Source: an uncultured Atopobium sp. (GTDB taxonomy: Bacteria > Actinomycetota > Coriobacteriia > Coriobacteriales > Atopobiaceae). From it: DNA of 64,000 nt. Positions 46,827 to 56,896 of the stretch are shown here, piece after piece. The translations under genes were made by a program, and so were the position numbers. The notes under the pieces were generated by a model. The model made no database searches and was not told the DNA's origin. It worked only from the letters and a program-made list of their open reading frames with translations. How positions within the stretch are numbered: the first letter of the stretch is position 1; each line of letters starts with the position of its first letter. The DNA is taken from NCBI GenBank assembly GCA_963550405.1, contig CAUVBV010000003.1, forward strand, positions 35,335-99,334, written 5' to 3'.

Positions 46827-48752
46827 TTACGCTGATGGGCGAGGTCCGCTAGAGACGCGGATAGTGATAGTAGCGCCAGCTGCAGCGCTTGATGGTGTCT
46901 GACCAACTACGTTTCCGGTTGCAACGTTGTCGTCGTAGACCCAAACTGTGTTGACCTGGAAGCCCGCGTTCTCCAGCGTGGACTGGGCAGTTTCAAAGTC
47001 CTTGCCGACAACGTTTGGAACAGATCCGCTCTGAGCACCAGAGGAAACAACGATGGTTACCGTAGATCCCTTATCTGCCTTGCCGTTAGCTGGAGACTGG
47101 GAGATGACACGGCCCTCAGGAACGCTCGACGAAGGCTGTTTCTGAGTATCTACCTTGAAGCCCGCATCTTTCAGGACATCGGACGCACGCTCGGCAGTCA
47201 TCTCGGTGACGTCTGGAACATCTGCCTTACCCTTGCCAGTAGACAGGTGATAGGTGATGGTGTCGCCAGCTTTAGCATCGCTACCTGCGGCTGGTTCCTG
47301 TGTTGCAACATAACCAACGGTTACGTCATCCGACTCAACCGAGTCACCATTTCTTGCTTTGAGGCCAACAGCAGCAAGAGCAGACTCAGCCTCTGATGGA
47401 CTCTTGTTGGTAAGATCAGGCACCTTAACTGCAGCAGCAGGTTTAGCGCCCTTAGAAATGACAAGGTTAACCGCGGTTCCTTCAGGAGCCTGTTTGTTAG
47501 CGCTTGGAGTCTGGTCAATGACCTGGCCTTCAGGAGCAGAATCACTGTAGCTTTCTGTAACAGTTCCCAGCTTAAAGTGGCTATCAGAAGCATTTAGTGC
47601 CTGAGTAGCCTGGTCTTTTGTCTGACCAACAAACTGTGGAACCAGATACTGCTGGGCGGAGTTGCCGAGCATCTGTGCAATAGCAAAGCCGGCAAGAGCC
47701 AGGACAACCAAAGCGCCCAGAACGCCGAGAATAACGTTGCGCTTGTGACGCTTATTCTCGCGCTTGTCCAGCTCATCGGCCTCTTCACGAGAATGGACGC
47801 GGTTCAAGCGACCAGTGTCGCCACCGCGCGTAATGTAGGTGTTGGAGCCGTCGATGCCGCGACGATCCAACCTGGAAGTTGGCTGAGGTGGCGTCACAAT
47901 GCGGGGGCTCACGGTGGTATTGCTTGGAATAGTGGCGCGACCAGCAATGAAATCGCGCAGCGCACGAGCAAGCTCGTCAGCGCTCTGATAGCGGTCAGCT
48001 GGGTTTTTCTCCATGCAGCGAAGAATGATTGCCTCAAGAGCAGGGTCAACGTTAGGGTTGATCAGCGATGGTGGCTGAGGAGCCTCGTTGACCTGCTTCA
48101 TAGCAACGCTAATAGCATCGTCGCCAGCAAAAGGTACGCGACCAGTAGCAGCCTCGTACATGACAATACCCAGGGAATAGATATCGGTGGTTGGTCCCAA
48201 AGGCTTGCCGGTACTTTGCTCTGGAGAAACGTAATGAGCGGTGCCAAGAACAGAGTTATCGGTGGTTAGACTGCTGTTCTTTGCGCGAGCAATACCAAAG
48301 TCCATGACCTTGATGTTGCCATCTGGCTGGACCATGATGTTCTGTGGTTTGATGTCACGGTGAATGATGTCGTGACGGTGTGCTACAGACAGCGCCTGAG
48401 CAATCTGAGAGCCAATCTGAGCCACCTTACGGGAATCAAGGGCTCCATGCTTGCGGATGCCGCTCTTAAGGTCTGTACCGCGCAGGTACTCCATGACAAT
48501 GTAATAGGACTCGCCGTCCTTGCCCCAGTCATAGACCGAGACGATGTATGGACTGGAGAGCGCCGCTGCAGCCTGAGCCTCCTGCTTAAAACGGGCAGCA
48601 AAGGACGGGTCATTTGCGTACTGAGGCAGCATCATCTTGATGGCAACAGTACGGCCAAGAACCTGGTCCTGTCCGCGGTAAACGGTGGCCATTCCACCGG
48701 TACCAATTTTGTCTTGAACCTGGTAACGCCCACCGAGCATTCTACCTGGCAT
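46827..48752 (-). CDS. pknB: Ser/Thr protein kinase PknB with four extracellular PASTA domains
   Basis: Kinase motifs GTGGMATVY, AIK, HRDIKPQN, DFGIA and SPEQ, one TM segment, then four repeats of about 65-70 aa of PASTA type. Confidence 0.95.
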   Translation of the reverse strand: MPGRMLGGRYQVQDKIGTGGMATVYRGQDQVLGRTVAIKMMLPQYANDPSFAARFKQEAQAAAALSSPYIVSVYDWGKDGESYYIVMEYLRGTDLKSGIRKHGALDSRKVAQIGSQIAQALSVAHRHDIIHRDIKPQNIMVQPDGNIKVMDFGIARAKNSSLTTDNSVLGTAHYVSPEQSTGKPLGPTTDIYSLGIVMYEAATGRVPFAGDDAISVAMKQVNEAPQPPSLINPNVDPALEAIILRCMEKNPADRYQSADELARALRDFIAGRATIPSNTTVSPRIVTPPQPTSRLDRRGIDGSNTYITRGGDTGRLNRVHSREEADELDKRENKRHKRNVILGVLGALVVLALAGFAIAQMLGNSAQQYLVPQFVGQTKDQATQALNASDSHFKLGTVTESYSDSAPEGQVIDQTPSANKQAPEGTAVNLVISKGAKPAAAVKVPDLTNKSPSEAESALAAVGLKARNGDSVESDDVTVGYVATQEPAAGSDAKAGDTITYHLSTGKGKADVPDVTEMTAERASDVLKDAGFKVDTQKQPSSSVPEGRVISQSPANGKADKGSTVTIVVSSGAQSGSVPNVVGKDFETAQSTLENAGFQVNTVWVYDDNVATGNVVGQTPSSAAAGATITIRVSSGPRPSA

Positions 48753-48852
48753 AACTCAACTCCTATCAAGCGTGCGATTTTCTCGCCACGTCACTTACTA
48801 TCTTAGAACACACCCAACTACTTGGGGAGAAGACCGTGCGGTGTTTTGAGCG

Positions 48853-51717
48853 CTACGAAGCAGCTCCCAAAGCTTGGATATTCAGGCACTGCGCAAGAAC
48901 ACGTCCGCCAACCTGAGCACCGTAACCCAAGACGTTCTCGCCGTTGCCTTCGATGACAACAGAAACAACAAGGGTTGGGTGGTCGTAAGGCGCAAAACCG
49001 ATGAAGAACGAGTTAAAGTTACCGTTCTCGACGTCTGCTGTACCTGTTTTACCCGCAATCTTGACACCCGGAACGCGAGCTCCCATACCGGTGCCGGATT
49101 CAACAACACCCAGCATTGCTTCTCTGACCTGTGCGGCGGTATCTGCAGACACGGCCTGGCCAAGCGATTTTGGTGACGTTGTAGAAACAACAGCTCCCTC
49201 TGGTGAGAGAACGCGATCAACAATGTAAGGGTTCATGACCACGCCGCCGTTAGCAATCGCTGCTGCTACAACAGCGTTTTGCATGACGGTAGTCTGAGGA
49301 CCTGCAGGACTTGCGTGCTCTCCAACAGGAAGGCCGCAAGCTGCCCAGCCAAGCTCCCAAGTGGTCATCTCGGCAGGATTTGGCATCAGCGATGGAGTTG
49401 TGGAGAAGTCCTGACCAAGTGCAGTGCCATAACCAAAGGCACGTGCATAGCTGACCAGGTTGTCCGCACCAAGTGCAACGCCAAGCTGCGCCAAAGCCGT
49501 ATTGGAAGAGCGGGCAAACGCCTCGCGCAGAGGAATGGTGCCCATGTCCTCGTTTGCGTAGTTGTGGATAGTACCACCGCCAAGCTCCATGGTTCCTGGA
49601 GCGGAATATGTGGTGTCCAGCGTGGTGGTATGCGTATCAATACCAGCAGAAAGTGTAATGGTCTTGAACGATGAGCCAGGGGAGTAGAGCGCCTGGGTAG
49701 TTCTGTCGACCAGCTGACTGCCAGTGCCGGATTCGATAATGGTGCCCAGTTCAGCGTGGGTATACGAAGGGCTAGAAGCCTTTGCAAGTACAGCTCCGGT
49801 AGCAGGGTCCATGACAACAATAGAGCCCGAGTAGCCCTGGAGCGCAGCTTCTGCCACGGCCTGCATCTGGGAATTGATGGTCAGGACAACGCTTGAACCA
49901 GCGGTATTGACACCAGCCATCGAGTACAGAGCACTTCTCCAGTCGGAATGATCTGCATGGCCGGTGAGTGTCTCGTTCATGGAGGACTCAATACCTGCAG
50001 TTCCGTACTGAGTAGAGATGTAGCCAACGGTGTGAGAAGCCATACCGTCGTGTGGATAGTTGCGCACGTAGGTGCCGTCGTCTTGCTTGACGCTCTCTGC
50101 CAGGGTGACGCCGTCAGAAGTCATGATGGCGCCGCGCTGAACGTACGCACTCCTAGCAATGGTGTGGTTGTTGGTAGGAAGCGCCTGAAGTCTAGGAGCG
50201 TCAATCACCATCAAGAAGGTCAAATTGCCGAGAAGAACGGTGAAGAAGAGGGTAAATACGGTAACCAAATTGGTTAGACGTTTTCCGAGAGCAACACGTC
50301 CTAGAACACCAGATTCTTCAGACTGCAGACCAAAGCCTCCTCGGATGTGGCTGCCATGCAGAACAGAAGAGGCGTGAGCTCCACCGGAAGAAATTTCAAG
50401 TCTTTGTGAATCAAGCACTTTTTTACTTGGCTCAAGTTCAGTCTCGCGACCAGTTCCCTCATCACCTGCTCTGAGCAGCAGGGCAACAATGATAAAGCTG
50501 GAAAGAAGAGAGCTGCCGCCCTGGCTCATAAAGGGCAAGGTAACGCCAGTTAGAGGCATCAGCTTAGTAACGCCTGCAACAATAAGGAAGGTCTGAAATG
50601 CCAGAACACTGGTAAGACCAGCTGCTGCAAAGGCAGATGAATCGGATTTTGCTCGAGCGGCTGTTGCAAGGCCACGAACGGTGAGGAGTAGGAACAAGGT
50701 AATGATTGCTGCTCCGCCAAAGAGGCCCAGCTCTTCAGCAATGGCCGAGAAAATAAAGTCAGACTCAACAATAGGGATCAGCGTAGGCATTCCCTTATCA
50801 ATTCCGGTGCCAGCAAGACCTCCATCTGCGATGGAATAGAGGGACTGGACAATTTGGTAGCCGTCTCCAGCGGGATCTTTGAACGGATCAAGCCAAATGT
50901 TGACACGAGTCTGGACGTGGCCAAAGAAGTGGTACAGCACCACGCCGCCAATGGCCAAGAGCGCAATACTGACAAAAACGTAGCTAGCGCGACCTGTTGC
51001 TACATAGAGCATGATGACAAAGAACACGAAGAAGAGCAGAGCGCTACCAAGGTCGCGTTCAAAAATAACAACAATCAGGCTGATGCCCCACATAACAAAC
51101 AAGGGCAGCAGCATTTTGAAGCGAGGAATGCGGAAAGGTCCAAAAGAGCGCATGGAGACTGATAGGGCTTCTCGATTCAGTGCAAGATAAAACGCCAGGA
51201 AGAGCGTAATGGCAATCTTTGCAAGCTCGCCAGGCTGGAAGGTGAATGCGCCAAAAGAAATCCAGAGTTTTGCGCCGTAGCGGTCCTGGCCAATAACAAT
51301 TGGCAGAAGAAGCAGTATGACGCCGAGAATACCAATGGAGTATTTGTAGCGTGCTAACGCGTCAAGGTTTCTAATGACCGCTAGTACCACAATCATCACA
51401 ACAACAGAGATAAAGAGCCAAATCGTTTGGTTGACTGCAAGATTTGGCGCAAGTCTGGTGACCATGGTGATGCCAATTCCCGAAAGCACAAACACAATGG
51501 GGAGAATGGCGGGGTCTGCTGCGGGAGCAAGGAACCTAATGGCAATGTGAGCCACGGTAAATGCTGCAAAGAGACCAATAGGAACGGCCATGGTCTCAAG
51601 GCTGAGCGTTGAGCGAGCAGTAATCATGTACATGGCGTACAGAAGAAATACAGGGATTGCTCCTACAAACAGTAAGAAAAGCTCTGTATTACGCCTTAGA
51701 CCGCCTGCTTTTTCCAT
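48853..51717 (-). CDS. Fused SEDS glycosyltransferase (RodA/FtsW) and class B penicillin-binding protein (PbpA-like transpeptidase)
   Basis: Single uninterrupted 954-aa ORF. Residues ~1-418 are a 10-TM SEDS protein (..[10 protein letters not shown].., ..[14 protein letters not shown].., ..[10 protein letters not shown]..). Residues ~419-480 form a linker and ~483-505 a TM segment. Residues ~506-954 are a bPBP with SSFK (SxxK), SSN (SxN) and KTGT (KTG). Confidence 0.9.
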   Translation of the reverse strand: MEKAGGLRRNTELFLLFVGAIPVFLLYAMYMITARSTLSLETMAVPIGLFAAFTVAHIAIRFLAPAADPAILPIVFVLSGIGITMVTRLAPNLAVNQTIWLFISVVVMIVVLAVIRNLDALARYKYSIGILGVILLLLPIVIGQDRYGAKLWISFGAFTFQPGELAKIAITLFLAFYLALNREALSVSMRSFGPFRIPRFKMLLPLFVMWGISLIVVIFERDLGSALLFFVFFVIMLYVATGRASYVFVSIALLAIGGVVLYHFFGHVQTRVNIWLDPFKDPAGDGYQIVQSLYSIADGGLAGTGIDKGMPTLIPIVESDFIFSAIAEELGLFGGAAIITLFLLLTVRGLATAARAKSDSSAFAAAGLTSVLAFQTFLIVAGVTKLMPLTGVTLPFMSQGGSSLLSSFIIVALLLRAGDEGTGRETELEPSKKVLDSQRLEISSGGAHASSVLHGSHIRGGFGLQSEESGVLGRVALGKRLTNLVTVFTLFFTVLLGNLTFLMVIDAPRLQALPTNNHTIARSAYVQRGAIMTSDGVTLAESVKQDDGTYVRNYPHDGMASHTVGYISTQYGTAGIESSMNETLTGHADHSDWRSALYSMAGVNTAGSSVVLTINSQMQAVAEAALQGYSGSIVVMDPATGAVLAKASSPSYTHAELGTIIESGTGSQLVDRTTQALYSPGSSFKTITLSAGIDTHTTTLDTTYSAPGTMELGGGTIHNYANEDMGTIPLREAFARSSNTALAQLGVALGADNLVSYARAFGYGTALGQDFSTTPSLMPNPAEMTTWELGWAACGLPVGEHASPAGPQTTVMQNAVVAAAIANGGVVMNPYIVDRVLSPEGAVVSTTSPKSLGQAVSADTAAQVREAMLGVVESGTGMGARVPGVKIAGKTGTADVENGNFNSFFIGFAPYDHPTLVVSVVIEGNGENVLGYGAQVGGRVLAQCLNIQALGAAS

Positions 51718-51719
51718 TC

Positions 51720-53003
51720 CTACTCACCTCCCGAACTTGTTGTTGACGTTGTTGTTTCTGTTGTGGGTGTTCCGCCAGACTGAACGTCTTCTTTCTTTTT
51801 GACCGCTTTAGTGTTGGCGTCGTCAATTTGTTTGCGGTAATTCTCGACGGTACTATGCGCTTCATCCTCGTTTTTAACGCGAATTCCTTCGGCTAGTGAG
51901 TCTTGAACTGCGTCAGGCAAATCTTTTATTTCAATAGACGTAGTCTCAACAAGTGACGACATGTTTATGCCGGCGATTGTTGTAGGAATACCTCGATAAA
52001 CGCCAACTGTGGTTCCGTTAATTCCTAAGTACCACTCGCTACTTACAAACAGGAAGAACACGGCAACAGTAGCAGCAAAGAGTGCAAGAAACGAGATAAA
52101 CGTTGCTATGACGCCACGGGTAAGGTGTCGTCTGGTTTGATCGGCTATACCGTCGTCTAAGACATCGATGACAATAACGGTGATATTGTCAGATCCGCCA
52201 TAAGTAAGAGCTGCAGAAACAAGGTTATCTGCAGCCTTTTGCGGCGTGACGTTAGAAACAGCAATGGATTCAATCTCGTCGTCGGGCACCATGCCAGAAA
52301 GGCCATCGGAGCACAAGATGATGCGGTCACCATCAGATACTTCAAGCGAGAAGTGATCTGCGTACATGTCTGGATCAGAGCCAAGAGCTCGCGTAACTAC
52401 CGAGCGAGAAGGGTGTGTACGCGCCTCATCAGCGGTAATCTGGCCAGAATCAATGAGCTCCTCAACGTAGCTGTGGTCGTGCGTAATGCGGACCAAAGTT
52501 CCGTGATGAAGCAGGTAGATACGAGAGTCGCCAACATGGGCAACAGCCATCTGATTACCCTCAATGAGAACGGCTGAGGCGGTAGAACCCATGCCTGGTT
52601 TACCAATACCCTTGGCAGGAGCATCAATAACTTCCTGGTTAGCAGCCTCAATTGCAGCACCAAGACGGACATCGTCTGCGGTACTTGGCGCCTGCTCAGC
52701 AATGACCTTAACGGCAATAGAGCTGGCTACCTCTCCAGCAGCATGACCACCCATACCGTCACAGATAGCAAAGAGAGGGGTACGCAAAAGGAACGAGTCT
52801 TCGTTGTGCTCGCGAACTAATCCCACGTCAGAGCGGGCGCCCCAAGAAATAAAGGTGTTAGAACCTGAAACTGCTTCTGCGTCGCCTCGACCGTCAAGTG
52901 GCAGCTCGCAACGACCAGGAGCGCTGACGGGCTCTTGTGCAGGTGTATCAGAAATATGTGTTGTATCAGAAGAAACCATGAGCCTCTTATCGACGTCCAA
53001 CAC
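51720..53003 (-). CDS. pstP: PP2C-family Ser/Thr phosphatase (PstP-like) with TM and an extracytoplasmic tail
   Basis: ..NEDSF...[18 protein letters not shown].., ..VGDSRIYL.. and ..[12 protein letters not shown].., then a TM segment. It occupies the conserved position in the fhaAB-pstP-rodA-pbpA-pknB cluster. Confidence 0.9.
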   Translation of the reverse strand: MLDVDKRLMVSSDTTHISDTPAQEPVSAPGRCELPLDGRGDAEAVSGSNTFISWGARSDVGLVREHNEDSFLLRTPLFAICDGMGGHAAGEVASSIAVKVIAEQAPSTADDVRLGAAIEAANQEVIDAPAKGIGKPGMGSTASAVLIEGNQMAVAHVGDSRIYLLHHGTLVRITHDHSYVEELIDSGQITADEARTHPSRSVVTRALGSDPDMYADHFSLEVSDGDRIILCSDGLSGMVPDDEIESIAVSNVTPQKAADNLVSAALTYGGSDNITVIVIDVLDDGIADQTRRHLTRGVIATFISFLALFAATVAVFFLFVSSEWYLGINGTTVGVYRGIPTTIAGINMSSLVETTSIEIKDLPDAVQDSLAEGIRVKNEDEAHSTVENYRKQIDDANTKAVKKKEDVQSGGTPTTETTTSTTSSGGE

Positions 53004-53400
53004 GCATAATCACATCGCCGACCTGGACTTCGTCTGTATCGCGAAGCGTAACAGGCTGTTCGATGATGTGACCATTAACCATAGTTCCGTTTGTGGAACC
53101 AAGGTCTTCAAGCACCAGAGCGGGTCCCTGGATGGTAAAGCGGGCATGTGATGCAGAAACGTAGGGTTCGTCAATCACAATGTCAGAAGAAGGGGAGCGT
53201 CCAATAACAACAGGTCCCAAGATATCTACATGCAGACCACGTAAGGACTTGACGCCCTTCTCGACATCAACGGACCAAATAGCTCCGTCTTTGCGCTGTC
53301 CGCGGACAAGACCAATGCCTGTGCGCATGACTGAGAACAGGAAGATGTACAGCAGGACAACAAGCAGAACGCGTCCTGCAAAGAGAATTAGATCAATCAT
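52987..53400 (-). CDS. fhaB: FHA-domain membrane protein (FhaB/FipA-like)
   Basis: 137 aa with an N-terminal TM and a C-terminal FHA domain (..VIGRSPSSDIVIDEPYVSASHARF....LEDLGSTNGTMVNG..). Confidence 0.85.
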   Translation of the reverse strand: MIDLILFAGRVLLVVLLYIFLFSVMRTGIGLVRGQRKDGAIWSVDVEKGVKSLRGLHVDILGPVVIGRSPSSDIVIDEPYVSASHARFTIQGPALVLEDLGSTNGTMVNGHIIEQPVTLRDTDEVQVGDVIMRVGRR

Positions 53401-54524
53401 TAGTTCTCCCGGAACTGAAGGTCCATAAGACCAATGGTAATGAGGTCTCCGTCGCGCAGAATTACCTCATCTACGTCGATATCGTTGACAAGCGTTCCGT
53501 TAGTGGAGTGCAAATCAGCAATGTGCCAATCGTGACCATCATAGGTCATCTCGGCGTGACGTCTTGAAACGTTAGGATCGCGCAAAACAACGTCTGCTTG
53601 AGAGCGCTCACGACCAATGATGGCGCGAGGAGCCTCAACGCGATACGAGCGACCGCTCTGGCGATCAATCAAAATGCAGGTAGCGTCCATGTTTGCACGC
53701 GGCGTGCCTTGCAAATTGCGAGAAGGACGACCACCCATGCCATTGAGCTGCGCATCAAGGGAAGGCGTGATACGACGCTGTGTCATAGGGACGGGAGCTG
53801 CTGTTGGGATAGCTCCGTTAACTGGAAGGTCTGGAAGTCCGTTTGAGCTAGGAAGAACAGGCATAGGGGTAGACTCAGCTGCAGAAACAACAGGAATTGC
53901 GCCTTGAGCCTCAACAAAATCTGGTGGCATTACCGCAAGACCAGCGTCTGTACCAGCAAGGTCCCCCAAAACCTCTGGGGTTGCATTTTCTGCGGCAACA
54001 GGACGGACCACGGACAGAGGATCTGGCTCTGGCTGTGGCTCTGGTTGAACAGCAGCGCGAGAATTGTGCTGCTGAGGCATTTGAGCTGCAGCTCCTCCGA
54101 CGCTGGAGTTTCCGCCCAAGAACGCGCGCTCTTCATTGCGCAGCTGGTCAAGGGTATTGCCGTCAACATTTTCTGCAAAGACAGCAAATTTTCCAGGCTT
54201 CAGAGAAGGGTCAACCATAAAACGAACAAGTGGCTGGCCTACAAATACATAATCTTTTTGCTGAGCCTGAGCAGCCACAAAGTCAGAAACCTCTGCAGTT
54301 AGATCAGCATAAAGAGGACGCATCAGTGAATCGTCTTGAGGAGCAACTAAAACGGTATACAGGGCAGGTGCAGTGTCTACACCGTCGATTTCATACGTCT
54401 CACGTTCCATCTCTTTAGCTGCGCGTTTGGCAAGCTTCTTAAAAGAGAAAGGCTCTGCGTATCCCTGAGGTGCGGCGCCAAAGACCGAACCAATACGGTT
54501 TTCAAAGTCACTAAGAAAGCTCAT
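53400..54524 (-). CDS. fhaA: FhaA-like protein (DUF3662 N-terminal domain, Pro-rich linker, C-terminal FHA)
   Basis: The N-terminus is MSFLSDFENRIGSVFGAAPQG...KKLAKRAAKEME. The C-terminal FHA domain is ..IIGRERSQADVVLRDPNVSRRHAEM....IADLHSTNGTLVN.. Confidence 0.85.
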   Translation of the reverse strand: MSFLSDFENRIGSVFGAAPQGYAEPFSFKKLAKRAAKEMERETYEIDGVDTAPALYTVLVAPQDDSLMRPLYADLTAEVSDFVAAQAQQKDYVFVGQPLVRFMVDPSLKPGKFAVFAENVDGNTLDQLRNEERAFLGGNSSVGGAAAQMPQQHNSRAAVQPEPQPEPDPLSVVRPVAAENATPEVLGDLAGTDAGLAVMPPDFVEAQGAIPVVSAAESTPMPVLPSSNGLPDLPVNGAIPTAAPVPMTQRRITPSLDAQLNGMGGRPSRNLQGTPRANMDATCILIDRQSGRSYRVEAPRAIIGRERSQADVVLRDPNVSRRHAEMTYDGHDWHIADLHSTNGTLVNDIDVDEVILRDGDLITIGLMDLQFREN

Positions 54525-56307
54525 CTAATTCCTCGCCTTCCTGATCCGCTTGAAGTGGACCTATCAGGACAATTGCAATACATACAAGTACACATAAGAA
54601 TAACGTAATTAGTAAAGAAACTATACTTTCAACTACCCAAAAATTGGGATTCTCCATCCAAGCTGCCCATATAAAGCCACCTGAAAGTAACGCGGCGCAG
54701 ACAATTTGTCCAAAAATCGCCCATCCGCGCCGTCTTTTTTGGCTTATCAGCGATCCAAAAAGAGCAGATAGAGCGCATGCCCCCAAACGAATCCAAAACG
54801 GAAGGCCCGAGGCCAGTGAGGTGTAGTCATAGGCAAGAGGTGTTGCCGCAAAGCTAAAAGACATGCCTTTGACAAGCAGTGTTCCAAAGAGAAAGCTAAA
54901 GGCTCCTGTTAAAGCTGCAGAAAGAGGCCTCATTGTTGCAGAAACTAGTGCTGGAGCTGAAACCGGAACAGGTAACAAGGCGCCCAGGAGGCAGTTAATG
55001 CTGCTGAATTTTGAGACTCTTCCCGCAAACGCCCACCAGATAACGCTCACCAAGGTTACGAGCGTCGCAAACGGAAACGAAGTGCTGGTAGGACTAATGC
55101 TTGCCAAAGCGTACACCGCGCACGCGATGACAAGCGCAGATCCTAAGGGCGTCCAAAGAGCTGCAGCTGCAGCTCCCACAAGAGATCCAACCACAATAAA
55201 CGTAAGCGATTCTGGGGCAATGAGCTGGAGCAATTGGGCGAGAAGAACGCCGGTGACCAAGGCTGTTGTGCCACGCACGGCAGCCGAGGGCAGCCAGGGG
55301 AAGCGGATTGAGAGCGGAAGATGCTTGACGTCCCACGTCTCGGTTTCCTCTTCTTCTGACTGTTCTACGAGGGCCTTGAGGCTTTTCTCGCCCTGTTTTT
55401 CGCTGCCAAGAGGAGCAACAATATCTTGGGCAAACTCTAAGACGCTTCCCTGTCTCATTGATGGCTCAGGAGAAAGTGCCTGCGTCAGGGCGGCGTCTAC
55501 AGCAAACGGAACCTCGGGATCCTCCTTAAGAAGAGGAATCTTTGGGCCCTTGTACATGCGATCAAGGGACTCTTTAGCTGTTCTACCTGCAAATATGTTT
55601 GTGCCTGTTAGCGCCTGCCTCAAAACAACAGCAAGCGAGAAAATATCAGCGCGCTCGTCAACAAGCATGCCTTCAACCTGCTCAGGAGGCATGTAGCCAA
55701 CCGTGCCACCTCGAGCACCGCCATAACCAGCAGCTGAGGCAAGTGTTGCCATACCAAAGTCAGCAAGTTTTACGGTGCCTTGGCGGTCGATCATGATGTT
55801 TGTTGGCTTAATGTCCAGATGGAGCACGCCATTTTCATGGGCATATTGAAGCGCCTTTGCAAGTGAAGAAACCATGTGAGCAGCCTCAGCGTAGGTGAGA
55901 TAACCGCCTTCAACACGAGCTAGAAGCTCTGACAGATTAAGGCCGTCAACAAACTCCATGACCAGGTAAGCGTAGTCGCCTTCAATCTCAAAATCGTGAA
56001 CGGTCACAATGTTGGGATGCGCCAGCAAACAGGCTGTTCTTGCCTCTGAAAGAGCCTCGTCAACAGTAGAAGCAAGCACGCCAGGCGTCTCGGACGCCCC
56101 TAAAAGCGGCATACGCTTGATAGCTACGCGCCTCTGTAAACGAGTATCCCAGCAGGTACAGACGGTGCCGAAGCCTCCATTACCTCTGCGGGCAAGAACG
56201 CGATATCGGTCCAGCAAAATTTCTGGCTCAGCCGCAGGTGATGCCTGCTGAGCAGAAGGTGAATGTATATATGTAGTTTGCGTGGTCTGTGACCGCGAGT
56301 CACTCAC
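54511..56307 (-). CDS. Ser/Thr protein kinase fused to a polytopic (about 8-9 TM) C-terminal membrane domain
   Basis: Kinase motifs GNGGFGTV, AIKR, HLDIKPTN, DFGMA and PPEQ lie in the first ~300 aa. The remaining ~270 aa are strongly hydrophobic with many predicted helices. It is the first gene of the fha/pstP/pknB operon. Confidence 0.9.
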   Translation of the reverse strand: MSDSRSQTTQTTYIHSPSAQQASPAAEPEILLDRYRVLARRGNGGFGTVCTCWDTRLQRRVAIKRMPLLGASETPGVLASTVDEALSEARTACLLAHPNIVTVHDFEIEGDYAYLVMEFVDGLNLSELLARVEGGYLTYAEAAHMVSSLAKALQYAHENGVLHLDIKPTNIMIDRQGTVKLADFGMATLASAAGYGGARGGTVGYMPPEQVEGMLVDERADIFSLAVVLRQALTGTNIFAGRTAKESLDRMYKGPKIPLLKEDPEVPFAVDAALTQALSPEPSMRQGSVLEFAQDIVAPLGSEKQGEKSLKALVEQSEEEETETWDVKHLPLSIRFPWLPSAAVRGTTALVTGVLLAQLLQLIAPESLTFIVVGSLVGAAAAALWTPLGSALVIACAVYALASISPTSTSFPFATLVTLVSVIWWAFAGRVSKFSSINCLLGALLPVPVSAPALVSATMRPLSAALTGAFSFLFGTLLVKGMSFSFAATPLAYDYTSLASGLPFWIRLGACALSALFGSLISQKRRRGWAIFGQIVCAALLSGGFIWAAWMENPNFWVVESIVSLLITLFLCVLVCIAIVLIGPLQADQEGEELDELS

Positions 56308-56440
56308 GGCAACCTCCTGTGTTTAAAGTGTGTTTGTCGGCCGTGACTGTCTATATTCTACCGCTGAAAAGAATTTTCTTATATATCTATTGTTTTTCCA
56401 TTAGAAGAAAACAAAATGTTGTAGTATTATTCCCTAGCAC

Positions 56441-56527
56441 GCGGGTGTGGCGGAATTGGCAGACGCGTACGGTTCAGGTCCGTATGAACGCAAGTTCATG
56501 GGGGTTCAAGTCCCTTCGCCCGCACCA
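56441..56527 (+). tRNA. tRNA-Leu(CAG), long variable arm, CCA encoded
   Basis: GCGGGTGTGGCGGAATTGGCAGACGCGTACGGTTCAGGTCCGTATGAACGCAAGTTCATGGGGGTTCAAGTCCCTTCGCCCGCACCA. The anticodon loop is TTCAGGT. Confidence 0.95.
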
Positions 56528-56535
56528 TTTGCATT

Positions 56536-56562
56536 TAAAAAGCCCCTTTACGGGGCTTTTTT
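56536..56562. terminator. Bidirectional terminator (tRNA-Leu and the convergent small gene)
   Basis: AAAAAGCCCC-tttac-GGGGCTTTTTT. Confidence 0.75.
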
Positions 56563-56567
56563 GTTAC

Positions 56568-56804
56568 TTATTTGTTGTCTGCATCAAAGTCAGACCAGCC
56601 TTCTTCGTCTTCTCCAAAGAGATCCCAGTCGTCTTCAGTTTTTTTGTGGTTGAAATACATCTTTTTAGTTTTGCGCTCTAGCACAAAGGAAATAACCAAA
56701 AAGAGCAAAATTCCACCAAGTACGAGGAACAACACACCGGTCTTATCGCCAAAAAGCCAACCAATAAAAGAGTTAATTGCGTCCATAATCCAGCTCCAGA
56801 ACAT
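56568..56804 (-). CDS. Small hypothetical membrane protein with an acidic Trp-containing tail
   Basis: 78-aa ORF with TM GVLFLVLGGILLFLVISFVL and tail ..EDDWDLFGEDEEGWSDFDADNK. ATG 56804 has no SD. The internal ATG 56786 (MDAINSF) has GGAG 8 nt upstream and is the likelier start. Confidence 0.45.
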   Translation of the reverse strand: MFWSWIMDAINSFIGWLFGDKTGVLFLVLGGILLFLVISFVLERKTKKMYFNHKKTEDDWDLFGEDEEGWSDFDADNK

Positions 56805-56896
56805 GTGAAGGGTTAAGAATCCAAATACAAGTATATACTTGGTAGGCTATAAGAAAAAATGCACTGCCAAAAAGTGTTGATTCAAGGAGAAGCTGC

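Noticed and set aside
46624-46906. 92-aa (+) and 77-aa (-) ORFs at the right end of the tRNA-Arg/pknB gap
   Set aside because: They overlap each other, the pknB terminator hairpin and the 3' end of pknB. They are Arg/Cys/Ser-rich and lack an SD.
54863-55696. 277-aa ORF antisense to the Ser/Thr kinase. Similar long antisense ORFs occur at 25182-25931 (rlmN), 12217-13026 (gyrB), 56882-57616 (serS), 41160-41759, 43652-44155 and 44994-45647.
   Set aside because: All are embedded opposite CDSs with clear family signatures. Their compositions (Ala/Arg/Ser/Leu-rich) are typical of the reverse frame of real genes, and none has motifs or plausible starts.
56334-56357. TTGTCGGCC-N9-TATATT, resembling the PafBC-dependent RecA-NDp promoter motif (as I recall it, TTGTCRGTG-N8-TANNNT)
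   Set aside because: The spacing is off by one and the GTG part does not match. It points toward tRNA-Leu, an implausible damage-regulon member. My recollection of the motif is also not exact enough to score it without a matrix.
56805-56896. Looked for a T-box leader upstream of serS, and for purine/ZTP riboswitches upstream of purH (60583-60723), purC and purB
   Set aside because: The spacers are too short (54-140 nt). They lack the T-box sequence (AGGGTGGNACCGCG), the purine-riboswitch core and the ZTP pseudoknot motifs. No terminator/antiterminator pair is visible.
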